From contig NC_081332.1 in the NCBI RefSeq assembly GCF_022539665.2, positions 1,240,001 through 1,304,000 on the forward strand: a DNA stretch of 64,000 nucleotides, given 5' to 3'. This document shows positions 23,313-36,100 of this stretch, one piece after another (the stretch's first letter is position 1; each line of letters opens with the position of its first letter). The position numbers and the translations under genes were made by a program. Below the pieces are notes generated by a model. It was given only the letters and a program-made list of their open reading frames with translations. It did not search any database and was not told the DNA's origin. This DNA is from Daphnia carinata (lineage: Eukaryota).

Positions 23313-26300
23313 TATTAGCACTAATCTGGGATTATTGGTATAATTATATGTAATGGAGCAAGATCATTATCACAAGGAAATTGGATACTTTTGTTGCACT
23401 ATAATAAGCAATATTTCTATTAGTTCAGGTCATCCTCCCCCTGAATCACCATTATCGTTGGCTGGAATAGTGGATTGAGATCTTTTCTACCCTTGTGTTT
23501 CTGGTATGTTCATTTGAGATGACGTGTTTGTTTGTTCTAAGATGTTAATTTCCAATATCGTTTTTAGACTGTTCATCAATAAAAGCAGGTGTTTGCTCCT
23601 GAACTTGTCTACTCTACCTGCGTATTAACTTAACCCTGCTTCAGTAAATGGGAAATTCACACGGGTAAGAAGTTTCCTATTCCTTCAAACAAAAAGCTAC
23701 TATAAAGTAAAGCGTTCATTTCAGATTCTCGTCGTGGGAAACTTTATCCAAAATCGTCCGCTTGCTGCTTTTCGGTCCGAGAATGGGAGTTAGTTTCTCG
23801 CCCAGTGGTATTATCTTGCTTGTTGAGCTAAAGTTTCCGTTATAACGCTATTCACTACAAAATTTCCTTTTCTAGAACATGTGTGTCTTTATCGCCGTGG
23901 GACTTCGCCAACGTGTTCCGATTACTAATTGGACCCAATTGAACGGGTACGAATGTCTACACGTTGGAAGAAAGTGAAAGGAAGTAAAAGGCAAACCACA
24001 GTATGCTGGGAAGTTTGTTTTCTTCACCCGAGTTCTTTGAAAGGAGAGGATGACAGCTCTTTGAGTTGGTGAATTCCGTGCACGTAATTCACGGCGATTC
24101 GAATTTAAGGAACATCCGTATCTATTAGTGGCGGAAACGCACGTAACCAACGCTCTTCTTACTTTGGTTGGACCTTATTCTTCCTTTCTCAACTTATTTC
24201 TCATTCATTTTCTTTCCTATTCATTGCCTGTCGTTTTCATCATTCAGTTTTTTTTTTACTAGGTGTTGGTGGCTTGCCCTATGATGGATCGTTTCTTGCC
24301 TGCAACCCGTCTTTCCGTGGTCTGTTTTCACTTTAGTGCTGCTCGCCATTTTAGGCTTTCTGGGAGGCAAGTATCTGGCGGATTTGTTCATGTGAGGAAA
24401 AGTATCTGAAAACTATGTGCATAACCTTAAAGTAATGGTGTAACGTAAAGTCCATCTGGGGAAAAGTTCGGGAAAATGAAATCTTTTTTTTTTTTTTTAG
24501 ATGTTTCTCCCTTCCTCTCGTCACATGGGTTCCTTGTCCTTTCTCTTGTGGAAATTGAGTCGGGGCTTCCTACAACCGGCGGCTCGGCGAGTTACCCAGG
24601 AACAGAGGGTCACGGGAACTGGATTAGAGGTTTGTCACTTTATCCTATAAAGCCGTCAATACGTTCTTACCCAGAATCCGCTGCTGGCCTGGCGGGGAAC
24701 GGTTCGGTAAGATAGGGTAGTTCAGGATTTCAGCATCAAGAGAACGTAATTTGACGTGTAAAAGTACAATATATTTAGTAACGCATTCCTTTTCATTAGA
24801 CGTCGTTTTGAATGTTTTAACCTAAAATAACTTTCGAAGATGAGAGAAAATGGAAAAAAAATTCGAGAATTGAGATTAATGACCTATTGTTCGTTGGTGG
24901 ATTGAATGATTGTTCTGGGAATTTGCATCTGCTATACATATACAATGACTACTCGGATCGTGCATGATAGTAGGTGGAATGGAACTGAGAGGTTGTTTAA
25001 TGATGTTGGAATTGTGACTCAAAAACAGGAAAGGTATGTATTGTTTTAAATGCTGCTATTGTATTACTTCAAACAATTTGTTTGTTGGGGGTTTAACAGC
25101 TGTGAGGATGGGAGAGTCTCTGAGACTTCCTGTCATTGAAATGGTTTTAAGTTGCCGTGTGAATGTTTTCCGTGCATTCTGCACATCTGTCTTCTTTCGA
25201 CGGCCGGCTCAGCAGATTATTGAAGACGCCCAACATAAGCATCTCAGCAGTGAATGCGATGAAGAGAGGTAATATTCCAATCGTGCTTTAATGTCGTTAT
25301 TAATTTCCATTTTTTTCTTATTTATTCGTAGCTGGGTCTAATTTATCGTTGGGTGAATTGGTTTCATTAACTGTTAATATTAAAGATATCTTACTTAAGT
25401 AGAAACAAAGTGGAATGGTATTGAATTGATGTATTGATCAGTAAGTGTCTTGTACTGTTCAAATGTGATCTCTGGCTGTCCATATCTCTTTTCTAGCTAT
25501 GGTTTAGTCTTAGGTATCGTAATTCCTTTTTTGTGTTCATGTCTTTTCTGTTTTTTGAACTTTTTTATTCAAAATATGCAATGATAAGAATAGATAGCTA
25601 AAATGAGCTTACATTTTTTAGGGGAAAGAAGAAAGCACAAATATCTAAATCTAGCTCAAATATGGTTGCCATTTCTTGTGGTGTGAGATTGGTCATGTTG
25701 TCAAGTCATGAAGGTTTGCTGGTGGGTTCTCATCTTCTCTGTAAACTTCGATCAATAAACATTATATTGTTAACTGATAGTTGGTTAAAAACTGATAGTT
25801 AATGAATTGATTCTCATTTTGAATGTTTGTTGGCTCTTTCAAACCCTTTTACGGACAGATTCACATGTGCTGATTTGAAAATGAAACGAAAGGAAACACA
25901 AAAATTAATACTTACAAAAGAAGAAAGTTAGCTAATCTAGGAAGATAGCTGTTGGGTCATTCAACCAACTGTAGATTGGAACGCCAAGCATAAATTACTA
26001 ACTTAGGCATGCAAATTGCATTGCACCATTATCATATTGATACTTGCCACTTCAATCGGTCTCTCCTTCTCTTCCTTAATGGATAAGATACTTATTATTT
26101 ACATTTTCTATTTATCCATCAACAGCAAGTATATTTGACATAGCTGTTGATGGAATTAGGAATACAAAATCAAAATTACCTAAACGGTTAACAACACAGA
26201 AAGGTAAATAGTGACCAAGACGGTTAAAACTTATGCCATGTTATGTTTATAACTAAAAACGAAGAAATTCTTGCAGCAGTCGTAGCGGCCATTAATTTAG

Positions 26301-29064
26301 TACTTAAAATTTTAAACTTGTTGAGAGATATAATAAACGGCTCCTAGATGGCGTCAAAGTCTTTTGACATCACTTTCCCATAATTTCAACACATTTTGCT
26401 TGTGCGTTCGTTTGGGTGTGCAACTGTCTGACTGAAGTCCTGTGTAAGTTTACTTCGAAATATGGTAATTGTCAATTTTTTAAAATTACAATTGGAAATC
26501 TCGTTTATTGTTAAAAGGATCAGCTATTGTTTCACTATTTACTTGTTTTTCAAAGACTGGATATAGTGAAGATCAACTTGCTGGTAAGAATGCTTTTTAA
26601 AGTGGCTATTTTCTTACCTTATATGGTAATGAAAGTTGTAAAAATGTAAAATAAATCATTTTTAATATTTCTGGTTCTAATAGAATCTAATTTTTTCTTT
26701 TTCAGAGCACAAATTTACCGTTTTCACACATCTTCGAATTTAGCGGTACTTGGGGTTTTCTGCAACCATCCAAAATTTCATCGGACATCAAAGTGAATTA
26801 GGGTGGAGTATTTTCTAAATGATTCGAGTTTTCACTTTTGAGGTTTTGAATTTGCTTGAGGTATGTCCTGGGCTGATTTCCATTGAAAGCGAATAATTTA
26901 CAACTTTACCAAAAAAATATGCTTTTCAATGTTTTTCAGCATTTAAAATTATAAACAGTGCTTCGGTAATTTTATAGATAAAAGTTATTCCATGTACGTA
27001 GATGTTCATTGTACAGAGATTTTCAGAAAATGGTCCCATAGGTGATAAAATTAATATTATATGTATTATATATACATATTATTAAAGTTAAGGAGGGATG
27101 TTTTGTTAACAAGAATCGGATAATTTGATTTCTTGGGGATTCCGCTACACTTATACTTTGTGAATGGCGATTAAGCGTAAATTTTATTCAAAACGGATGA
27201 TCATTCAGTAGTTTTGACTACATTTGTGCGTCTAAATATATGTTAATATTTATTGTGTACTATGTATTCCTTGTAAGCAACATACGTCTTAACATGAAAA
27301 TTGCTTTTAATCTATGAAACTATCGAAGCACCAAATATCTAGGCGCATTATATGTGTCCGTGTATTACTGATAAAATTTTGTTTGTATGTTGATGCTTTA
27401 GCCACGGGTTTAGAAGCGTTGCATGTACGTTTAATGATATAGAAGTGAAGCAAGGAATTTCGATAGGTATTTTGCTAACGTAGAGAAATAAGTAATTTTT
27501 TTAAACTTTACCATTACGTTATTTCATTTGATTTGTCACTCCAATTCTTTGTTATTAGCAAAATTTTCTTTAGGATTTGTAAGTGTTATATTTTCCTAAG
27601 TCTTGTTTGAAACTAACAGTGTTTTCATTTTATTGTAGTGCTGTTGAAGATGGAACTGCCATGAAGAGGAATTAATTAACTTGCGGTATGCCCTTGAAAT
27701 CGAACAGCGTCTAAGGGTGTAAACTGAAAGAAGTTATTCAATCATTATTTACTCAACAAAACAAGATAAGGTAGAAAAATGCCTAAACTAATTTTCAGGC
27801 CCGTTTGAAATGTATGTTTTTGATGATAGATGGCGAGTGGCTTCCCGTGTGCCCTTCGACATCGTCAGTACGCTTTCGAATTTGACATGTTCAGGAATGC
27901 TAGTAACATGCATACATAACAGCATGTTAATACCAGAGCATCCTGGTGAGTTTGTGCGAAACAGCTACACTTCGAGCTTGACATACGTATTGATTATGCC
28001 TGGGATACTGCTGGTAAACTAAATGTTAAACCATTGTAGCAGCCATTTAATCGAGACACCTAGAGGAGGAGTTATCACCTATTTTGCCATGCCATGGAAA
28101 TATCAGCTGTTCCGTCTCGTCTGACGTCAACCGAGAAAGGCATCGAGGTTTCGTTCTGTGAAATTTCTTCGCCGATTTGTTATTTGAGGTATGTTTATGA
28201 CGTAAATTTTCCGTTTTTGGCGTAAAGATAGATTTACATTGTTGAGATAACACATAGGTGCCTCTTAGAAGTCTCACAACTAAAGTTTTAAGTAAAAGCA
28301 GCATTATGCGACTGTAGTAAATTACGGGGAGAAGTATGGCTGAGTATCGTTTGGTTACCAGCATATGTTTTGCTTTTGTTATTTTAATGTACATAATTTT
28401 ACCATCTTTAAAGAAATGGAACTATTGGTTGTAAAATTTTTCAATCTAAGTGTCAATGCTTCCAGGTTTTGTTAGGTATTTTATTTTTACTTTGAGTACT
28501 ATTTATCGTTGGATTTATTATTTGAATACTTTTTATGTTAACAATATTGGTGTAAACTGTATTTGCAGGTTTCCAAGCTGTGTCTGGTGTGCTGGCTAGG
28601 GGAATATGCTGTGAAAGTATGAAATGCCAGCAATATTATGGTGTCAATTTGAATATAAATATATAATATTTGCAGTGTCATTCCTGTGTTACATATAGTG
28701 CCTGCTTTGAAGAAAAGAGAAAAGCTAAAGATTTAGTTGTTTGAATGGCTTTGAAATACTACCAGGAAAGAAGTTTTGTTGTAACAGTAAAGCATATAGA
28801 GAAGAGAGTCAGAGGAAAATGCTTTGAAATGGAACATGAACATTCCTAAGTTCTTTTGCTTTTCTTAGTTGGCTTAGTGGAACAGTTTGGTAGCACGAGT
28901 AGTTGCTTTTATTATAAGTTTTAAATTGTAAAATAAATACAAGTGAGAAATTTATAAAGAATTCTTATATTGTCCCACCTCCACCACACAATTCCACCAC
29001 TATTTTACATACATAATATTTACATAAATACAAATACATACAAACATACACTTTACTAAGTTAA

Positions 29065-29394
29065 CCCGTTGGCTGCCAGGCCATGCAACCCGTAGGTTGC
29101 TTAACTACAGTAACTACGCATCGCCGTCTGAAGGATCCGCGAACAAGGTGGGACTTGTCCGAAGACAAGTCCGGGCTGACACGGCAATAGATTCCATTCC
29201 GGGAATGCACACCCCAGGAATCTATTGCCGCATCGACAAAGAGAGGCCCTACTGGTGCATTGCCTACGGCGCCTAATGGCATAAGCCATTAGGCGCAATG
29301 GCGACTGTTCCCCCCATGGCCATGGGGAGAACAGCGCCCGGTCCCTATAAGCTACAAAAAAAAATGGGACGCAAACGGGGTGGCAGCCAACGGG
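29065..29394. mobile_element. Non-autonomous piggyBac-superfamily element (MITE, 330 bp)
   Basis: Perfect 14-bp TIRs CCCGTTGGCTGCCA (29065-29078) and TGGCAGCCAACGGG (29381-29394), flanked by TTAA on both sides (29061-64, 29395-98). CCC...GGG termini and a TTAA target are piggyBac hallmarks. Confidence 0.85.
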
Positions 29395-29469
29395 TTAACT
29401 TACAGATTACAATGCAAAACAAAACAATACCAGGGCAACGTTCCACGGTGAAATCCTCCATCCTCGAGG

Positions 29470-29830
29470 GGACGGTGACAGCGACCAGGTGAAGGCGATG
29501 AGGTGAAGGCGATGAGGTGAAGGCGATGAGGTGCGACGAGGCGAAGGCGATGGTGACAGCGACGAGGCGAAGGCGATGGTGACAGCGACGAGGCGAAGGC
29601 GATGGTGACAGCGACGAGGCGAAGCCGATGGTGACAGCGACGAGGCGAAGGCGACGGTGACAGCGACGAGGCGAAGGCGACGGTGACAGCGACGAGGCGA
29701 AGGCGACGGTGACAGCGACGAGGCGAAAGGCGACGGTGACAGCGACGTGGCAAAGGCGACGGTGACAAGGCGATGAGGCGACGGTGACAGCCCCTAGGCG
29801 AAGGTGATGAGACGATGGTGACAGCGACGA
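29470..29830. repeat. GC-rich minisatellite, ~26-bp unit GGTGACAGCGACGAGGCGAAGGCGAY, preceded by a 14-bp unit GAGGTGAAGGCGAT
   Basis: Tandem copies readable directly; they generate the repetitive spurious ORF 29400-29864. Confidence 0.9.
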
Positions 29831-30532
29831 AATGAAGGCAATAGATGAAATGTGGTCCTATCACGTAATTTTACATTACAATACAATAATACTCCACAAC
29901 ATGAAAACTTGAAATACCAAAAAGGTGGATGGTTCCAAAGCCTATGCAGGTTTATAGCCAACGGTGGGAAAACTGAAGGTTTGAAGATTTGAGGCTCAAC
30001 GGATGAAAGGTAATGGGAAACTGCATTGTGGCCAAATGAAGATTGAGAGATTTAAGCATTGTGTCTTAATCTACTCAATTTTGTTACCTACAGTGTCAGC
30101 ATCCCTTGTGAGTGTAAGACCATGATCTTGATAGCAATGGAAGTACGATGCCCATACAGAATAGGAATCCTCTCACTGTGCAGTTGCATGATGACCAGTG
30201 GCAATTATAGCCTGTCCATACCATGATATAACAAGCTGAACTGTTGTATGAAGGGGAAAAATCAGTGTAAAATATTTGCCACTCAAAACACACAGCACAA
30301 TGGATTTATTTCTTTACAAAGAACATACCATCGATTCTTTGTTGAAGTATCCTTTGAAAGACAAAATGTAGGGAACAGAACAAACGTGTAAACCATTCAC
30401 TTCCGTACTCACATAGCAATTAACGATGACAAATTTTCCAAATAGTTGAGTTTCAACCGCTAGATGTCTCTTAGTTATAAGTAAAATTCCTATCAAATTT
30501 TAAGCCCGACAAAAAAAAATAAGCCCGACTAA

Positions 30533-31274
30533 GGCAATCCGTTTTACCCATAATAAAAATAAGAAATGTTGTCCTTTTTTTCTATTTTACTGCTATCGCC
30601 ATCTACCGGTCACATTTCTAGTTATAGAATGGGCTTATATGCTCGGGCTTAAAATATTTTAGATTACTCCAAAACTATAAAATCTACGTAAAAACAAATT
30701 CCATATTCGTTTTTCATGGTTAATCCTGAATCAAAATCAACTATAGTTATCTAGATTTAATGCTATTATTTTTTTAATAGGAAAAAAATATTAAGCCCGG
30801 CAATATAAGCGCGGGCTTATTTTTTAACCCAACTTTTACCATTTTTTACGTTTTATTCAAAAGCTATGAGTTCCACGAGAAAACAACACTCACATTCGTG
30901 ATGCCCGTTCAATTCTGCATCGTAACATGTATTTAAAGCGAAATCTAAAATTTTGCAAAAATTGAAAAGTAAGAAGGCTATATTGCCTTCTCACTTTTCC
31001 AATTTCTTAAAATCCTAGATTTCATTAAAAATACATTATTCCGATTCAAAATTAATCGCTGATCACGAAAATGGGGTATATTTTTATACGAGGCATTTAA
31101 TTTTTGAATTAACCATAAAAAACACAAAGTAGGGCTTATTTAGTCGGGCTTAAAATTTTTTTCGGTCGGTGTATGCAGAGAATCAACTAGAAATATTACC
31201 GGTAGATGGCGTTAGCAGTAAAGAGGAAAAAAGTCCAATGTTTTTTATTTTTATCATGGGTAAAACGGATTGCC
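30533..31274. mobile_element. Foldback/MITE-like element with ~90-bp imperfect terminal inverted repeats
   Basis: Left GGCAATCCGTTTTACCCATAATAAAAA...CGCCATCTACCGGT...TTTCTAGTT; right AACTAGAAA...ACCGGTAGATGGCG...TTTTTATCATGGGTAAAACGGATTGCC. Multiple AAGCCCG/CGGGCTT motifs inside and adjacent. No clean target-site duplication. Confidence 0.65.
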
Positions 31275-31344
31275 ATAGATCAACACCAAAAAGGAAAACA
31301 CTTAATTGGAAATAGCACACCATTTGATTTGATGGAAACTCTAC

Positions 31345-32900
31345 GAGCACAAAATAGTTTGATTTCTGACACTACGGCTGATGAACTTGCGTCGCCATCT
31401 AGCGGAAATTCAATTTCGTCACATTTGCAAATAAGCCCGACAAAAATAACTAACCCCGACTTTTCGTATTTTAAAAATTAATGTTTGAAACCTAGATATT
31501 GCCATAACAATACATGATTTGAATTCGCAATTCAACGCTGATGTCGAAACTTCAGTTTGTTTTTACCTGAAAGTTATAGTTTAAGAGTTATTCAAATTCG
31601 ACGTGGTTGTTATAAAACCCCTTTAAGTAGAAGTAAAAACCACAATTAATAATCAAAAACAAAACGCTGTTTAGAGAATGGAAGCTACACTTATGATCAA
31701 AATGCTTAAAATGCTTGGAATATTAATGTTCATTTTTTACTTTTTGCAAAGTTGAAAAAAAAAAAAATTACCGGAAGTGACCAGAAATAGTCTATATCTC
31801 CAGAAATACTGAGCCCACAACAAAACGAATATGATTGTCGTGATCCTCATGAAATTTAGGGTGTGTCTGACCTATTTTATCCGTTTTTGGTGAAAAGTCC
31901 AATTTGGCCAAAATCGCGATTTTTCCTGAACTATAGTTCAGGGAAATTTGCGATTTTTGACGATTTTCGGGTATTTTCTACTGACACATGGATTCGACCC
32001 CAAATTTCACGAGGATTACGAAAATGTCGGTCTTTTTTTGTTCAGAACAACAGATAGTGAGTTATTAAGCATTTAAAAACCGGATCTTAAACCGGAAGTT
32101 GAAATTTCGGAAATTTAAAAAATGAACATTGTTTTCCTTTATAGGGTACAAAGGATATGCATAGTTTCAAACGTAAACTATAGAGAATTCACATAATATG
32201 ACCTTTCAAAGTTCTTAAAGTTCAGTTTTCAGATGCGGCCTACATACCACTTCAAAGGACTACCGCGCACATAACAATTGAAGCTAATGTTTCAAAACCA
32301 TCACCCTTATTTGGCAGCCATCCGAACTAAGGTGATAGTGGAACAGATCTGGTTATCACCAGAAGAAAGTAAATTGGAGATCCAATTCTTGCAGATATTT
32401 TGATGGCAAATTGCACATCTTGTAATAATATTTTACTCATAATCAGTGATTTAGGTTCGACATGGCAGATCAGGTTTGCCACACCAATACATGATTCGAA
32501 CTCGCTATTCAACAGGCGATGCCGAAAATTCAGTTTTGGTTTACCTGGAAGTTATAGTTTTGGAGTTATCCAAATTCGAAGTGGTTGTTATAACACAATC
32601 CTTTGGGTAGAGGTAAAAACCACAATTAAAAAACAAAAACAAAACACTGTTGTGATGATGGAACCTCAAATACACCTTCCTAACGCAACAACGTGTTTAA
32701 CAATAAACATCACGAGAAAAAGACACAAAAATAGTTCGATTTCTGACACTAGGGCTGATGAACTTGCATCGCCATCTAGAGAAAATATAATTTCGTCAAA
32801 TCTTCAAATAAGCCAGACTTTCCTATTTTTTATTTCTTAATGTTTAAAACCTAGATGGTGCCACACAATTTCCATGATTTGAACTGACAATTCAACACCG
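31345..32900. repeat. Diverged locally duplicated repeat (31348-31670 matches 32486-32650 plus 32723-32900), interrupted by an insert containing an internal inverted repeat
   Basis: gatttctgacacta.ggctgatgaacttgc.tcgccatctag and aaaaaccacaattaa...caaaaacaaaac.ctgt each occur twice. gatcctcatgaaattt...aaatttcacgaggat forms an inverted pair in the insert. Confidence 0.7.
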
Positions 32901-33124
32901 ACGTGTTAGAAACCTGTCGGTCTCATCTTGCAGGAAATGTAATGTCCCGGCCAATTTCCGGTACGCTGCTGTCATTTATCCATCTTCCCATTCATTAACG
33001 TGTATTGAAAACTTTCATAATAAACAAAGGAATGACACGTGAAATAAATTCTTACAGTTACGAATGTTTAATATCACAAGAGGCATATTGACCATTTCTG
33101 GACAGATTTATTCAAATTCCATTT

Positions 33125-36100
33125 TTATTTCAATCGTTGAGTCACGTTTGCCAATGCCACAGCAAAAGCCTGGACAGCTGAGAAAGGATACTGAAAATCT
33201 AACGTGTAGGCATTCCCATCGATTCTGCCAAACTGCATAACCTGTCAATCATACCAATTAGAACATCATCAATGCACCTTCGTATAAAACCTTAGCTGAT
33301 ATTAAACTACCTGTTTTCCTTTGAATTCGATTTGGAAATTTTTTGCCGACTCTTGAGTCACCCTGCCGCCGAAATCCAGTTGATAAACTTGACTGTGTTC
33401 GTTCCACAGTGGAGCTTTATTATTTAATACAAACTCACATCTTCGTCTTGTCTGAGCTGGTGGCTCGCGTTCTTCACCATTACTTGCTGAATTCTTTTCA
33501 GCTATCCATGTCTGTCGTAGCTAAGAGATTTAATTACAATCTACGTCGATGGAAAAATAACTGAAGAACACCATTACCTTATTAAGTAGCTGGGCCTTTT
33601 GGAAACTCTCTAGATCGTGGAAATTGTGGACTGTAGTCGCCTGAGCGTCGTCGATATCATCGTCTGAGCTGTCCATAGCCGTTGCAGTGGCAGCAGCAGG
33701 AGCAAAACGACTTTTTCCCAGCCGTCTGGCCAGCAACGGAGAATTGAGCAATTGCCTATTGTTCAGATATTATTCAGTTATTGATTAAAGATTGAATCAA
33801 AAAGCATTTAAGGTGAATTTACCGTATAGGAGATTGGTGGCGGCGTTCATTTTTTACTGTAGCCGACGAATTATTCCGGCGACGTCCTATGGCTGGACTA
33901 GAATTAGGTGTGTTGGGTTCAGATCGGCCAGCAGTCGATTTCCCTGCCGACGATGAGCATTTACGACCAAACAATGGACTGAGTCGGGCCAAAGCGAAAC
34001 GCTTTTCCTTATTAACTTTACTATGACCTTCGCCATCGGACACATGTTGGGCCTGCAAAACTTGGCTGCCAACTCTCGAACGAAACGAGTTTGTGCTCGT
34101 TTTTTTGTCCGTCGTCGTTGCTTTTGTAACTAATGGTTGAGTAATTTGGACGGCCCAAGAGCTACGAATGTCCGGTAATCCCGAACAACGGCTCCGATTA
34201 CTACCAACAACAGGACTAGAGTCCAGTGAGCGACTCTTTCTTCGTCTACTATAAGGCCAATTGCTATTGTTGCTGATTGCAGACGCTATTGCGAGATGCC
34301 CAACGCTCTGACTACGCCATCTAACGGCCGGTGTAGACAATATGATCCGCGAGTCAGAGTTCCACTCGATCCGTAACATTTCGTCGAGTGTCGTCTGAGG
34401 TTGATGTTGAACCGTCCGTCGATGATGAGTCGGTGAAGGTGGGGGTTCCATCCGGCTCATTCCGGCTTTCCGTCTCAATCGTAAATTAGGTGTCGTCAGT
34501 GGAACTATGGGCGGATGTTGACGGTTCGATGATTCTCTATTGCCTTTCGAATTATCTTCTTCGTCCGACGGGCAGATTGAAATGGGTGCCCCTTCTTCTT
34601 CTACTTCAGTTCCAGGTGAAGAATCACGTAAATCGACCACGCCCAGCGTCATTTGACGCGGTTGAAGGTGTAACAATGACGTCTTGTACGTAATCTGACC
34701 AAGATGCGTCGGCAGAGATGGCGTTAATCCAGTGATTTTGAATCGAGTTCCCCAAATGTTTGAAGCCACTACAGCCAGCGTTGAATTCTACAATTTAAAA
34801 ATTGAAATAAACTTGACTTTCATTTTCAAAAATTTTTTTCAAGTTCAAACCTCTCCATTAGTTTTACAGTCGTTATTATCCCCAGGATTAGCATGTTGGT
34901 TGTTGAGTTTCCTCCCTCCAAATTTCCGCTGAAGTCTTGGGGTCGATACGCAACTATCGTCCGTTTCGGAATCTGAATCAGCCGAGTGCTGTCCAGCAGC
35001 CGGACGATTTCGCCTGAATTTACGTCTAAGACCAGGACTAAGCAATTGCTGGAATTTGCTGGCCGATGTAGGTGGAGGAGCTAAAAGCAATTCGGAGCTC
35101 TTGTTCAACAAAGGCTGACTTTTACTCATATCGTTGCTGGAGAACTTTCGCGGATCGTAAATAACAAACTCTGGTCTTATTCTCGACGTTGGTTTACCCT
35201 AAAGATATCGAAAATAATCGTTTTTTAAAATGGCGACAGCAACGGTGACAATAAGTAAAGAGTGGAGGAGAGAAATGTAATTGAAAAGGAAACCTTGAGA
35301 AGAGGAATGAGTCCACCGAGGAATTCGAGATAGAGGGTGAAGCCAACACCTCCACCGCTGCTGGTTGGTGCATCAGGATCGATCGGATCGATCAGTCCGT
35401 CCACTCCATGCCAGCCGGCAGAGTCTTCTTCATCGCGTCGTATCATAGTGCAGTAGAGCCGTGTATTACCCGGTGGCGGTTTGCAGACATAATCTCGAAT
35501 TCGTCGCTCTTCCGGAACATGACACTTTGAAATAATTAAATAAATGCATTTAGTATTTTTTTCTTGTCATTTAAAAAATAAAATGATTTCCTACATGGAC
35601 GGTGCTGGAAAAGAGGGAAACGATCAAGTTACGGATGAGCCTGGGTATTCGGTCAGTGAATATGGGGTCGTCAAGTTGGTCCGGTCCGGTTAAACATCGT
35701 CTGAGCTTGAGACGCGCTAAATGCTGCAAGGAGGCGATCCTTCGAGGTGAAACCCATGCAACATGAACTGTGCATCCCGTTGCCACAAACAGACGTCGAT
35801 CGTTATGTCCCCACGTAAAACTTGTAATTGGAGCCTTTGTTACATTACATGAACAAAACAAAGAAAAGCTTATTTAAAGACAACAGCCAACGTCTCGTTT
35901 TCTTAGTGATTAAGAACGACGAGATCAGTTTCAAAATAGCTCAAAACTTTTTGTTTTCTGCGTTGGAAAGTTTGCACCGTGTTTGCCAGATGAAACGGAT
36001 CAATATAGCGCACTATGGTTTTTTTTTGTTGTGGTAACCGGAAACGGGAAGGATGCGGGAAAAAAAGTGACGAATATGCGAACCTGGGTGTAGGGCACGG

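Noticed and set aside
23400..28900. Scattered short ORFs in AT-rich DNA
   Set aside because: No consistent coding signal or recognisable motifs; treated as intergenic or decayed repeats.
29470..29830. CRISPR-like array, or real protein from ORF 29400-29864
   Set aside because: Units are directly tandem with no unique spacers, there are no cas genes, and the ORF is just the repeat translated.
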